Positions 1-12,955 of a stretch of 64,000 nt of DNA are shown here, one piece after another; the stretch's first letter is position 1, and every line of letters begins with the position of its first letter. The position numbers were made by a program, and so were the translations under genes. The notes below the pieces were generated by a model. The model saw only the letters and a program-made list of their open reading frames with translations. It ran no database searches and was not told where the DNA came from. The stretch is from the human T2T-CHM13v2.0 reference genome, Homo sapiens. Location: NCBI RefSeq assembly GCF_009914755.1, contig NC_060947.1; one strand, 5' to 3'.

Positions 1-1243
1 ATAGATCATTTTGGGTAGTGTGAATATTTTAACAATACTAATTTTTCTAATCAATGAACACAGGACATCATTTCTTTCATCTGTATTTTCTTTTATTTTC
101 CTAATCAATGTTTTAAATTTTCAGTGGAAAAATCTTTCATATTTTTAGCTAAATTTATTCCCTAGTATTTTATTCTTTTTATTGCTAGTGTAAATAGGAT
201 TTTTTTCCTTGATTTCCTTTCTGGATAGTTTGTTGTCAGTAGATAGAAATGACAGTGATTTTTGTATGCTAATTTTGTATCTTGCAACTTTACTGAATTT
301 GTTCATTATTCTAACAGTTTTTTTGTTGCCATTAGTGTTTTTTACACATATGATCATGTCATCTACAAACAGGGATAGTTTTACTTCTTCCTCTCTGATT
401 TCAGTGCCTTTTATTTCTTGTCTTATTGCTCTGGCTAGGACTTCTTATACTGTGTTGAAGAGAAGTGGTAAGCATGGGTACCCTAGCTTTATATCAGATC
501 TTAGCAGAAAAGCTTTCAGCTTTTCCCCATTGATTATGATATTAGCTGTGGAGTTTTCATATGTTGTCTTTATTATGTTGAAGTCAGTTCCTTCTATACC
601 TATTTTGTTGAGAGGTTTTTCTTAAATCATGAATGGATGTTAAATTTTGTCATATGCTTTTTGTTTTTGCATCTATTGAGATGATCATGTAGTTTTATCT
701 TAGAGTCTGTTAATGTGGTATATCACATTGATCGATATGTTGAATCATCCTTGAATCTAAGGGATAAATCCCCCTTGATCATTGTGTATAATCCTTTTAA
801 TATGTTATTAAATTTAGTTTTCTGATATTTTGTGGAGGATTTTTGCATTGTCTGTAGTTTTCTTGTAGTGGCTTTGTCTAGCTTTGATATTGGAGTGATA
901 TTGGCCTCATAAAGTTATTTCTGTTTTTTGAAAGGGTTTGAGAAGGATTGGTATTAATATTTCTTTGAATGTTTGGTAGAATTCACCTGTGAAGGCATCT
1001 GCTTCTGGGCTTTTCTGTTGTTGTTGGAAGGTTTTTGATTACTGATTGAATCTCCTTATTTGTTATTGGTCTTTTCAGGCTTTCTTTTTATTCTCAATTC
1101 CTTCTTGTTAGGTTGTAGGTATTCAAGAATTTATTTATGTTCTCTAGGTTATCTAGTTTTTTGACATATAATTCTTCATAATAGTCCTGTATGATCCTTT
1201 TATTTTTGAGGTTCCCATTGCAATGTCTCATTTTTTCATTTCT
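1..1243 (-). mobile_element. Old L1 (L1M-type) ORF2 fragment, antisense; probably the inverted 5' part of the element at 1244-1795
   Basis: Minus-strand translation contains the degenerate ORF2 RT motif FSKVARYKISIQKS..FL (ORF 145..357), with T-rich antisense L1 texture. Confidence 0.8.
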
Positions 1244-1795
1244 GGACAAATGGATAAAGAAATTGTGGTGTCTATATACAATTAGATATTATTCAGCCTT
1301 TAAAAAGAAGGAAACCCATTTTCAAAAACATAAATGAACCTAGAGGAAATTATGCTAAGGGAAATAAGCCAGATACTCATCATTGCTGAATGATCTCATT
1401 TATATGTGAGATCTAAAATAGGCAAACTTCTAGAACAAGAGAGTAGAATGTTGTTTGTCAGGGTTGGGGGGAAAGAGGAATTGGAGAGATGTTGTTCAAA
1501 GGGTACAATGTTTTAATTATGCAAGATTAATAATTTCTTGAGATGGGATCTAATGTACAGCAAGGTAACTACAATGAAAGATACTTGGAATTTGTTAAGA
1601 GGGTAGACCTTAAGTGCTCTCGCCACAAAAAGGAAAATAAAGAAAATGGTAACTATGTGAGGTGATGAATATGTTACTTAACTTGATTTTGGCAGTCATT
1701 TAAGAATGTATACATATATCAAAACATCAAGGTGAATACCTTAAATGTATACAATTTGTTTTTGTCGAGTATCCCTCAATAAAATGGAAAAAAAA
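1244..1795 (+). mobile_element. L1MA/L1MB-type 3' end, sense
   Basis: Begins ggacaaatggataaagaaattgtgg (ORF2 C-terminal/3'UTR region) and ends aataaaatggaaaaaaa. Confidence 0.8.
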
Positions 1796-1799
1796 TCCT

Positions 1800-2590
<791 letters not shown>

Positions 2591-3542
2591 CTTATCCATA
2601 GAACTTGTGTAGCCTTCTTTCACAAGGCTGTGGGTATTGTCTGATAATATAATATTTTCTTACTATTTACAAAATAGAAAATTCAAGTTATTTTAAAAGA
2701 TTTGAATAATCACAAATTTTATTATTGATATGAACTTTGATGTTTAGAAATCTAAAATCTTAATCCTCTAGTACGTTTCTTCCTGGAATTTGAGACTCCT
2801 GTTAAAACTGTTACAAGTTAAAGTTGAAGAAAGCACAAATATACTTTCTAGCTCCTGGCTATTGATATATGCGATTTAGCTGACCCATTTCATTCAAGGT
2901 CAGGAGTGTTAGTGATCTTATCCAGAGAAACCACAGATTCTTATAAATTCCCTAGTTTACAATTGGGGATGACAAATCACATTTTTTCGAATCTTGAAGC
3001 TGAGGATGGGCTTTAAAGGAATCATCATGATGAGAACATTTTTACATATAATTGCCCAGGAAACTATTCTCTAGGGATCTTGAGTTCATATTGGATTCCT
3101 ATATAATTTCTTCCTGTGTATTTTGAGACCTGCAAGATAGAACTAAGGGGAAATTAGAGTGGGCAAGAGAAGTTCCCTTCTTATTGCCAGTGAAGTATAG
3201 CAGCTGACATGGCTTGTCAGGGTAAGTGAGTCTCATTATCCCTCAGTAGTTGCTACCAGGTGAGCTAGCACAAGGAATTACCTTCTTCCTGAAGCATAAA
3301 ATACAACAGAGAGGAAATATCTCTTTTTTTTTTCCAAGAAGGGGAAAGGTAGGAAAGATGGGAAAAAAGAAAGAAAGAAGATAGTGTACTTAATTATAAT
3401 ATTTTTGAAATGGAGGAGACCTGAGGAATCACTTTAGTTCAACTTCTTTACTTTAAATAGAAAGAGACTGGTTTAAAGTTACCCAGCCCTGTGGTTATAA
3501 CCCCGCGGGCTAGAAGCCAACTGTGCACTCTCCTGTGGCTTG

Positions 3543-4030
3543 TGTTACTAGTTTCCTATGGCTGCTGTAACAAATTATTACATACTTAGTGGCTTAAACA
3601 ACACAAATTTATTATTTTACTCTTCTGGAAGTGAGAAGTCTGACATAGGTCTCACCGGGCTAAAATCAAGGTATTGGTAGGGTTGCATTATTTTCTGGAG
3701 GCTCTAGTTAAGAATTATTTTCTTTCCTTTTCTAGCTTCTAGCAGCTGCCTGCATTCTTTGGCTTCTGGGGCCCTTCTGTCTTCAAAGCCAGCAGTCACA
3801 TCAGTCTGACCTCTCCGTTCATCATCTTTGACTCTGACTCTTCTGCTTCTCTCTTTCACTTTTAAGGATTCTTGTGGGCCCACCCAAAGACCACAGGATG
3901 ATTTCCCTAACTCAAGATCCTTAACGTAATCACATCTGCACATTCTCTTTTGCCATGTAAGGTTACATGTCCACAGTTTCCAGGGATTTGGACATGGACA
4001 TCTTTGGAGGACATTGTTCTGTTTACCATA
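3543..4030 (-). mobile_element. MaLR solo LTR, MLT1D-like
   Basis: Contains ctagtttcctatggctgctgtaacaaatta...cttagtggcttaaacaacaca. The reverse strand reads ccaaagatgtccatgtcc...ttacatggcaaaagag, as I recall the MLT1D consensus. Confidence 0.8.
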
Positions 4031-5527
4031 GCTTGACCACTCGTTCTTTAAGGAAAAACATAAAGAAAGAAACAAATTATATACCCCCTCTTCTGAGGAC
4101 TTTGTAGATTTATTTATTGACAAGTATTTTCACTCATTTAAAGATGGCACCTTATATTTGTTATATTTACAAACTGCTTTTGCATATGCTATTTCATTTC
4201 ATTGTTGCCCTTTTCACAGTGGCAACAAAGACTCAAAAACTTAAGTGAATTTTCAGAACAAATAGTGGTCTTGGCATATGAATCCCATGTATTTGAGTCT
4301 GTCTAGTGTTTACAACATTCTACTCACTATCTCATGAAAGTGATTTTCAGCACTTTCTAACTTAATTCCTTGAGACTTTGGATGTCATATGTGGGTTGGT
4401 TTGTGGACATTCTTCATCATGTTTAACATCCTCGAAGCCTCTCCTACAAAGAATGCACTGCTCCTTCTGGATTTATGTTGTAAAATATGTTCTAAAACTA
4501 ACTTGAATTCCTATACTTTCTTGCCTATTTTCTATTCAGAAAAAAACAAGGGAACTGATATATTTGTCTACATAATTGTGAGTTGTTAGAAGCCAAATAA
4601 TCAGTGTGAATGGTATGCCATGCTCTATGAATGGTTGTTCAGCAGTCCATAAATTTGGTCTTCTTCTTGAGGGTAGGAGTAGTGTTTTGTTTACTTTATG
4701 GTTCTTAGCTATTAACTAAGTACCTTGCATTTCATAGGGCTTTAGTAAATTTGTGATGTTTTTAATTATTGAATGCTGATTATATCTTAAGCTTAGAAAA
4801 GAAGTGAAACTTGTGGTTTTAATTTAATTTTTAAATTAATCTCACATTGATAAGTGTAACTATTAACTACGTTATAACCTTAAAATGAGTCATTTCATGA
4901 GTCTCCAAAGGCTCTTTCCTTGTGTCTAAAATGAGCAACAAAACAAACCAAAATAAAACCACAGATAATGGCAGAGCTTTTAACTTTGGGAGACTGAAGA
5001 ATTGATGGGAGTAAAGAAATTTACAATTTAAAATATCAAACTAGTTTAACCTTCTACCAATTAAATTATGTACTACTGGAAAGCATAGCTTTTAAAATAC
5101 TGTAACTAGTTAACAAAAATCAGCTACAATGACTGAATCAACAATCTTCTTTCCCCTAATTACAACATTAACTGCTTCACTTCCTTGGTGAAACCCCAGC
5201 TGCCTCTCAGCTCCACCTGAATCTGGTGAGGCCCACCATCTCAAGCCATCTTTATCTTTTAATATTTTAGTCAACCAAAATCAATCTCCATGTTTCATTT
5301 AGCTATTTAGGCTGATACTTACATTTGTAAATCATAACACAATTGTGATTATACTTAACAATACTCTTTTCTCTGGGATTTTATAGGTAAAGTAGTAATT
5401 TCTTAATGGTTTTCTAATTTATGGAACCAGGTTGAGTTTAAATACTTAAATAAATTAACTTGTAAATTTCCATTGGGTTGACTTTTAGATGCTCTCTATG
5501 AGGAAGGTGAGCAAACAAAAATAAACT

Positions 5528-5706
5528 CACATTTCATCAATTCTAAGCACATTTTTAACATCTCTGAAATCAGGGTTTAATCTGATAGTATAAGGTTTGT
5601 CATCTTTTAGTTAGCAGCATTTTGTTTTTTCTCTCTTACTGGTACATAGGAGATGACGGTGCATCTTTTATTCATTGGTTTGCCCCTTAGATTTCATGAA
5701 ATGTGG
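5528..5706 (+). mobile_element. MER104-like non-autonomous TcMar-Tc2 DNA transposon
   Basis: About 180 bp with terminal inverted repeats cacatttcatcaattctaag ... cttagatttcatgaaatgtg and internal aacatctctgaaatcaggg. Confidence 0.75.
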
Positions 5707-7466
5707 TCATTTAGGTGACTCTAAGCAGGAATCTTTTGCATTCTGATTTGCATAATACTTTTTTAGGAATGATTACAAAGCAGGCTTTAGAACTTCTCCC
5801 TTCTCAAGATTTTCTTCATTGATGTATTTTTCTGAAGTATGGCTCTTTAAAATAAAATTAAGCTGGAAACAAACCTGCTTATGTGACATAGTTCAAGGAC
5901 TATATTTAACAGAGTTGAGTAGATTCAGTGGCATCTTGACACTAACAGTGGTGGGAATTTCTCTTCTATATTCTGCATTTTCTTGGTGAACTTACATTAT
6001 CCTAAACAATTGATTATTTGAACTGAAGTGACCAAATTAAATGATTCTACGTGGCCTAAATTTTCTTGGGATCATGTGTTGTGCACATCTTGCCCACTGT
6101 TTTTTCTATCCATATATCAACTCTGCCTGGGTCATACATCCTCAATAAGTCTATAACATATTGAGTTGAATTAAACAAAACACATCATCAGGGATTGAAG
6201 TTTTTATCCCAGAAGACTTCTGAAGGTATTTAAAACATAAACAAAATTTTAAAGTGAGGATAAATAATTAAGGGAACCACTAGAATTTGATTATCACCCA
6301 CTTAATTTTCATAGCTTTCTTCTAGACCCCCAAAACAGCTATTTTCTTCTGTCTCTTTCGATTTTCTCTAGTGATTTTTCTAAGCAAGGCTGAATGGAAG
6401 CTACCAGTGGTCATTTGTGATTGACACACTAAAAATATAATGTGAACACTTGGAAAAGAAAATGCCCTTGGACATTTGGTTAGCTGCATATCTCTTGTCT
6501 CAGATGACACCCATATACTCTTTCACTTTCCAGACAACATAAAAATTAATGCTGTTTGCTATAGCAGAAAACAGTCAGAATTATTTTCAGCTTTTAATAA
6601 ACAGCTCAATAGCCTCAGGGAAATTGGGCATATTACTTCATTTCTTGGTTTTCAAATGTATTTCTATCACTTAATTATCTAATGAAAATGGTATTATTTA
6701 TTTAAAATATTTAAGAAGGTTTTTGACTCAGATTTTCTCCTCATTTTTACCTCTCTCTATTCTGCCTTCTGCATCACCTGAATGGCCTTGCAAAAGACAG
6801 TAAGAGATGTTGTGGACAAATCTGGAGCAATTGATGATATACATTTTGCATTTATGTTTGTAGAATATGAGGAAGTCTGACAAACTTAAAACAGCTATTC
6901 ACAGGCTGAAATCCCACTTTCTCAAAAAATAAAATGAATTTTTGGAATGGATTTTTAGAGCTTATAAAGAAACTAGTTTACTTGTATGTTTATTTTAGGT
7001 AATTACTGTATTAATACTCTTTTAAATTTTATAGTGGTGTATTTCAAAATGTCTCTATTTTGAGATGCTGAGTCAAATATGTTTTTCATTAAAATGAACC
7101 TCTGTGTCTGCTTTCCAGTATAATTATTTGTCTACTAGCTAGAATACCATATTCCATTTTATTTTTCTTTCAGGATTATTCTCCTAATCCCCCAAGACCA
7201 TCCCTGTTCAGCGTATATTTAGGGCAATGATAACAATAATAGTATTAAAATTTTATTAGGTAAGCCAATCTGCTGAATTATGAATTTAGGTCTTGTTGGA
7301 AGGACACTTTTTCTGAATTTGTATTTCTAGCTTTCCTTATTTATTTGAATAGTTGAGATTTTAGTATATTTTTACTTTATATTTTGTAGAACAACGTGAA
7401 TTTTAGCATGGACCAAAAAATTAACGCTTTATTTTACCAGTGAACAACTACTTGAAGAAAATATGG

Positions 7467-8089
<623 letters not shown>

Positions 8090-8164
8090 GAGAAAATATA
8101 GGAACCACTCTTTGTTGCAGAAACTACCCTTTGTGAAGTATCTATTAGGTTATAATATATCACA

Positions 8165-8475
8165 TTTTTTTTTTTGAGACAGGGTCTCACTCTGTTGTCT
8201 GGGCTGGAGTGCAGTGATGTGATCATGGCTCACTGCAGCCTTGACCTCCCAAGGTCCTCCACTTGGGAGGCTCAAGTGGTCCTCCTACCTCAGCCTCCAG
8301 AGTAGCTAGGACTACAGGTGTGCACCACCGTGCCCAGTTAATTTTTTAGTTTTGTAGAAACAAGGTCTCCCTATGTTGCCCAGGCTAGTAGTGTTGAACT
8401 CCTGGCCTCAAGTGGTCCTCCCACCTCTGCCTCCCAAAGCACTTGGATTATAGGCATGAGCCACTGTGCCTGACC
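8165..8475 (-). mobile_element. AluJ
   Basis: AluJ-type sequence (gagacagggtctcac, gatcatggctcactgcagcc) with a 17-nt insertion near 8251. Confidence 0.92.
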
Positions 8476-8514
8476 TACATCATGTATTTATTTAACTAGA
8501 CATTACCACTTACA

Positions 8515-8660
8515 GAGCACTTTTTCATTTTATTCTCATCACAATTCTGTGAATTAGGCATTATTATTTGAAAACAGGGAAACAGGGTTTAGAGGGGCTC
8601 TGGGGCTTGTCAAAAGCAATCATATTTGAACTTTATCAATACTTTAATCCACATTTTCTG
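8515..8660 (-). mobile_element. MIR fragment
   Basis: Degenerate antisense MIR core (ctcatcacaattctgtgaattaggcattatt...gaaacaggg). Confidence 0.5.
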
Positions 8661-9144
8661 ATTTTATGAGTGCTGCCATTTCCCTTATATCATGCTGCTT
8701 ATTTGGTTCGTGCATGGAATTGTTATTATCAATTAAATATAATCTCTACAGAATGAATGATAATGAACATTATCATGTGACAATAACATTGTGCAGCCAT
8801 TCAGAGGGCACTTCAAACTTTGGATTTTCAGAGGCAGTATCTCCAGTAATTAGCTGTCTTTAGAAAAATAGCATCTATAAATGCTTCTTAGTCCTGCCCA
8901 TAATGAGAGAGTTATTGACAAAGCTAGGATGTGAACCACGTTCTAGCCATGATTCATTTTTAAATTAAAATATCATTATATATGTTAGGGAAGAAAATAA
9001 GGGCCTTTAATCATGAATATGTCCTATATAGAACCAAGATACCAATTTTCTCACGTCAGTTCGCTCAGTAAATGGTAAATTTGAATGCATTTGCCATAAA
9101 GACAAGAATAAGTCCTAATATGAGAATGAAATTTGCTGCCCCCA

Positions 9145-9511
9145 TGTTATGGTTTGGCTGTGTCCCCACCCAAAATCTCACCTTGAATTGTAATAATCCC
9201 CATGGGTCATGGGTGGGACCAGGTGAAGATAATTGAATCATGGGGGTGGTTTCCCCCATGCTGTTCTCATGATAGTGAGTTCTGATGAGATCTGATGGTT
9301 TTATAAGGGGCTTTTCCCTACCTTTGCTCTGCATTTCTCTCCCCTGCTGCCACATGAAGAAGTACATGTTTGCTTCCCCTTCTGCCATGATTGTAAGTTT
9401 CCTGAGGCCTCCCCAGCCATGCTGAACTGTGAGTCAATTAAACCTCTTTCCTTTATAAATTACCCAGTCTCAGGTATGTCTTTATTAGCAGTGTGAGAAC
9501 AGACTAATATA
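9145..9511 (+). mobile_element. THE1C-like MaLR solo LTR
   Basis: Runs tgttatggtttggctgtgtccccacc ... gagaacagactaatata, with a perfect 5-bp TSD cccca (9140-9144 / 9512-9516). Confidence 0.92.
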
Positions 9512-9784
9512 CCCCATTAATTTATCTCACTATAAAATTATTTAAAAATATTTTTACTATTGTTATTTTATCCACTTATGAGAACTCAAAACGTCCTTTG
9601 AAATAAATAGGGAAATATTTCCAAAAATAAAACATTTTATTTGTAGAGTTTCTTTTCTCAATGCTACATAATCAAGCTCCACTTGAGGACCTTAATAACA
9701 ATCTTTATCAAACTCTAAAAGGAATTTTTATCTTTCATTGCTAGGCAGAATACTCACGACTTACCCTGGTTGTCTGAGCAGTCA

Positions 9785-9915
9785 TTATCTAGAATGTTAC
9801 CGGTTACTATGGCAGAAAAAAGAGAGCATTAGAGAGTCTCCCATTGGTAATTAATTTTTCTGTCAAAAAATGCCATGTTACTTCCTTCCACAAGTCATTA
9901 TCAGAACTAGTCAAT
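9785..9915 (-). mobile_element. Old MLT1 (J/K/L-like) LTR fragment; apparently continues at ~10415-10490
   Basis: Contains tatggcagaaaaaagagagca...cagaactagtca. The second piece contains ggaaatatttggtgaacagc. Confidence 0.5.
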
Positions 9916-9919
9916 GATG

Positions 9920-10405
9920 ACTGTGTTCCAGTCTTTTGCCTGTTTACTCTGAGGTCCTTTCCCTTCCCTTTTCAACCTTGCCCTGGTTTTCAAGAACTGC
10001 ATTTCATAGGCCTTTTTGCTCTCTGGATTCCAGGTAGTTTTGGCCATTGGGAGGTACTCATGGCAGAATGCAGAGGGGGTGGGGGTAGTGGATAAATTAG
10101 ATTATTTCATCTCCTTCTTTCAGCCTTGGGCAGTATCTCTAGCAGCAGTGGCTTCTCTGTGATTTCACCTCCCAACTGACAGCTTGATATAGTTCCAACT
10201 TCCACGAATGGCTTCCGGGGTCTGTTAATCGTACTTTCTCTTTGACCTTCTTCGCCTAAAGATATAACCAACTCCTAGGTGGCTTTCCATCCTCTATTTG
10301 GCCTCTCAGCTCTTTTAACACATGCATAAACATTTCCCTGTATTAAATTCTCTGTATTGAAATGTTAATGTGGTTTATGTTTTTGAGGAGCTCCTAACTA
10401 ATAAA
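9920..10405 (+). mobile_element. ERVL LTR, LTR33/LTR41-like
   Basis: Contains ctctggattccaggtagttttggccattgggaggtac and the 3' motif ttccctgtattaaattctc. Confidence 0.6.
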
Positions 10406-10519
10406 TCCAGATTAGGACATTCAATCTTATCGTGTTCCCAGAGGACACAGAACTGGAAATATTTGGTGAACAGCTCTCATGATTGCTGTACTGCCTATTT
10501 ACATCTGACTTGCAATCTA

Positions 10520-11612
10520 CCTCTCTCCAGCCAGACCTCTACTCTAAACTATAGGACCGTATATATACATATATCCAATAAACTACCTGCTTTTGAATGT
10601 TTCAGAGACACAGTAAACTCAGCATGTCAAGGTGGCAACACATGCTCAATCCCCCAGCAAACCTCATCCTCTCCTGCTCCCTCCCTCATGCATTTTGTTA
10701 GTCGAGACAAACATAATTAATTCTTGCAACTTCATTCCCTTTCAGCCTGCACAACCATAATTTTAACCATAATCATAATCATAACCATAACCATACCAAT
10801 AATTAAAACCCACAACCTTTACAATTATGTAACCTGTGATACCCTGAATATCTCTCACTTCTATTCACTTCTCTACATTCCACTGCTATCACCCTATTCC
10901 AAGCTCCTGCCTTCAACTGAATGATTGCAATAACGTCTTAACCTTGTACTCAATGTTATATTCTCAAAATTAAAGTCAATCATTTTTAAAGACCTCCAAA
11001 GATTCAAACCTTCAGTGAACGAAGGTCGTGACCTTCAGTGGCTTCTAATTGCTCTTAGGAGAAAAACAATACTCCTTAACATAATCCTAGAAGACCTAGC
11101 AAAAACTTCCTCTTCAGCCTTATCTCCCTCCCCACCCCTGCCCCTGATATGCCATCTTACTCTCTGAATTCTGGCCTCACCAACTTCTTTAAGTCATTTA
11201 TAAGTGTCAGTCCTTCCCAACCCCCAACATAACCTCGGGCTTTTAAATATACAGTTACCATTGTCTGAAACACTTTTCTTCCTTACTCTCTATGTTAACA
11301 TCATTTAGTAAGGATTTACTTCAGTGTTATAGCCTCAGGAAAAACTTGCCTGACCACCCTGACTACATAAAATACCCTGTTACACACATTCAATTGTGTC
11401 ATGTACCTCTGCCAGGAAGCATTAACAGAATTGTGATTTTACATTTCTTCGTGTGATTCTTTGGTGAGCAGTAATCTCCTCCAGTCACAATTGTCTTTAA
11501 ACTCTTTGAGGTGAGAGACAATGGATGATTTTGCTAACCATTATATCCATAGCTCCTATCAGTGTCTGGGACATAACTAGCTCTTAATAAGTATTTGATA
11601 AATTAATGAATG
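10520..11612 (+). mobile_element. L2 3' region (degraded)
   Basis: L2-type motifs (aaactcagcatgtcaa, cttcagtggcttctaattgctcttagg) ending in ctcttaataagtatttgataaattaatgaatga. Confidence 0.65.
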
Positions 11613-11809
11613 AGAGCACTCTTCTTCTTCCCTCCCTTCTTCTATCCTGTCTTTCTCTCTTTCTTTCTCCCTCCCTTCTTTCCTTCCTTTTTCATTGTGT
11701 ATTTACTATTAGGAAATGACAGGTCTGGTACTGAACAGTTAATTTCTACCTATAATTTTTAATTCCTCACCAGTACTTTCTTTGGTTGATGTGGAGAGTA
11801 TTCAGACAG

Positions 11810-12284
11810 TGTCTAAGTTAATTTTGTGTTGCTATAAAGGCATACCTGAGGCTGGGTAATTTATAAAGAAAATAGGTTTATTTGGCTCATGATTCTGCAG
11901 GCTGTATGAGAAGCATGGCACTAGTATCTGCTCTGTTTCTGGTGAGGGCCTCAAGCTGCTTCCCCTCATGGCTGAAGGTGAAGAAGAGCTGGCATGTGCA
12001 GAGACCACATGATGAGAGAGGAAGCAAGAGACAGACAGGGGGAAGGAGCGAGGCTCTTTTTAAAAACCCCCTTTTTTCTGGAACTGACATTCTCACCCAA
12101 GAGCCAATCCAGTCTCATGAGAGCTAGAACTTACCACCATGAGAATGACATCAAGCCATACATGAGGGATCTGCCCCCATGACGGAAACAAACACCTCCC
12201 ATCAGGCTCCATCTCCCAACAACACCACACTGGAGATCAAATTTAAATATGAGATTTAGGGGGACAAACTTCCAAACTATAGCA
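11810..12284 (-). mobile_element. MSTB-like MaLR solo LTR
   Basis: TG...CA termini, the motif cctgaggctgggtaatttataaagaaaa, and TSD gacag / gacaa. Confidence 0.88.
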
Positions 12285-12319
12285 GACAAAATATTTGTGG
12301 TCATGGGCAGCCTATCATT

Positions 12320-12545
12320 AGCAGAGAGAGGGTGCAGATTTTCACATCAGAAGGAATAGGTTTCGAGTCCTAGCTTTGCCACTTGCTTGTTTTGCACTCT
12401 GGGCTATTGCAATGATCTATCTGAACTCAGTTTCCTTCTTGGTAACATAAGAGGATAATCAGTGCCAGCTTGTGGGCATTACATTGTAGTAATTATATAT
12501 CTAATGAAACAAACTCACATGTAGAAGCCACTCAATAAATAGTAG
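12320..12545 (+). mobile_element. MIR
   Basis: Runs ggtttcgagtcctagctttgccactt ... ctcagtttcctt ... ctcaataaat. Confidence 0.7.
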
Positions 12546-12842
12546 TCATTTTGGCCGTTGTCAAAAAATTATTAAGTAATTATAGATTTTAATAAGAACT
12601 ATTAGGTAGCATAGTGTATAGGAAAACCTTTACTGAGTGTTCATATGTAATGTTTGAATCAGACAATGAAACATAAATAATGGATAAGAAATATAACGTA
12701 CAATTTTGGAGGATTAAAATGCAGTTCATTTAGTAAATACTATGTGAAAACAATGTGTGTAGGTGCACGACTATATATACACACACTGCGCCTGTTTCTA
12801 TTTGCCTATATATTCTTTTTTTACCTGTATACTCTTCTATTA

Positions 12843-12955
12843 ATATTATTTAAATTGACAAATCATACTTGTATACCTTTATGGAGTACAGTGTGATATT
12901 GTCATGTAGGTATACAATGTGGAATGATCAAATTGAGGTAATGGATAGGTCCATA
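12843..12955 (-). mobile_element. L1MA 3' terminal fragment
   Basis: Contains ttatggagtacagtgtgatatt...tatacaatgtggaatgatcaaatt. Confidence 0.6.

Noticed and set aside
3704-4123. 139-aa ORF
   Set aside because: It lies mostly in the MLT1D-like LTR and has no coding signature.
10752-10797. Degenerate (ACCATA)n hexamers as a telomere-like repeat
   Set aside because: The unit is not TTAGGG/CCCTAA; it is a short decayed simple repeat within L2.
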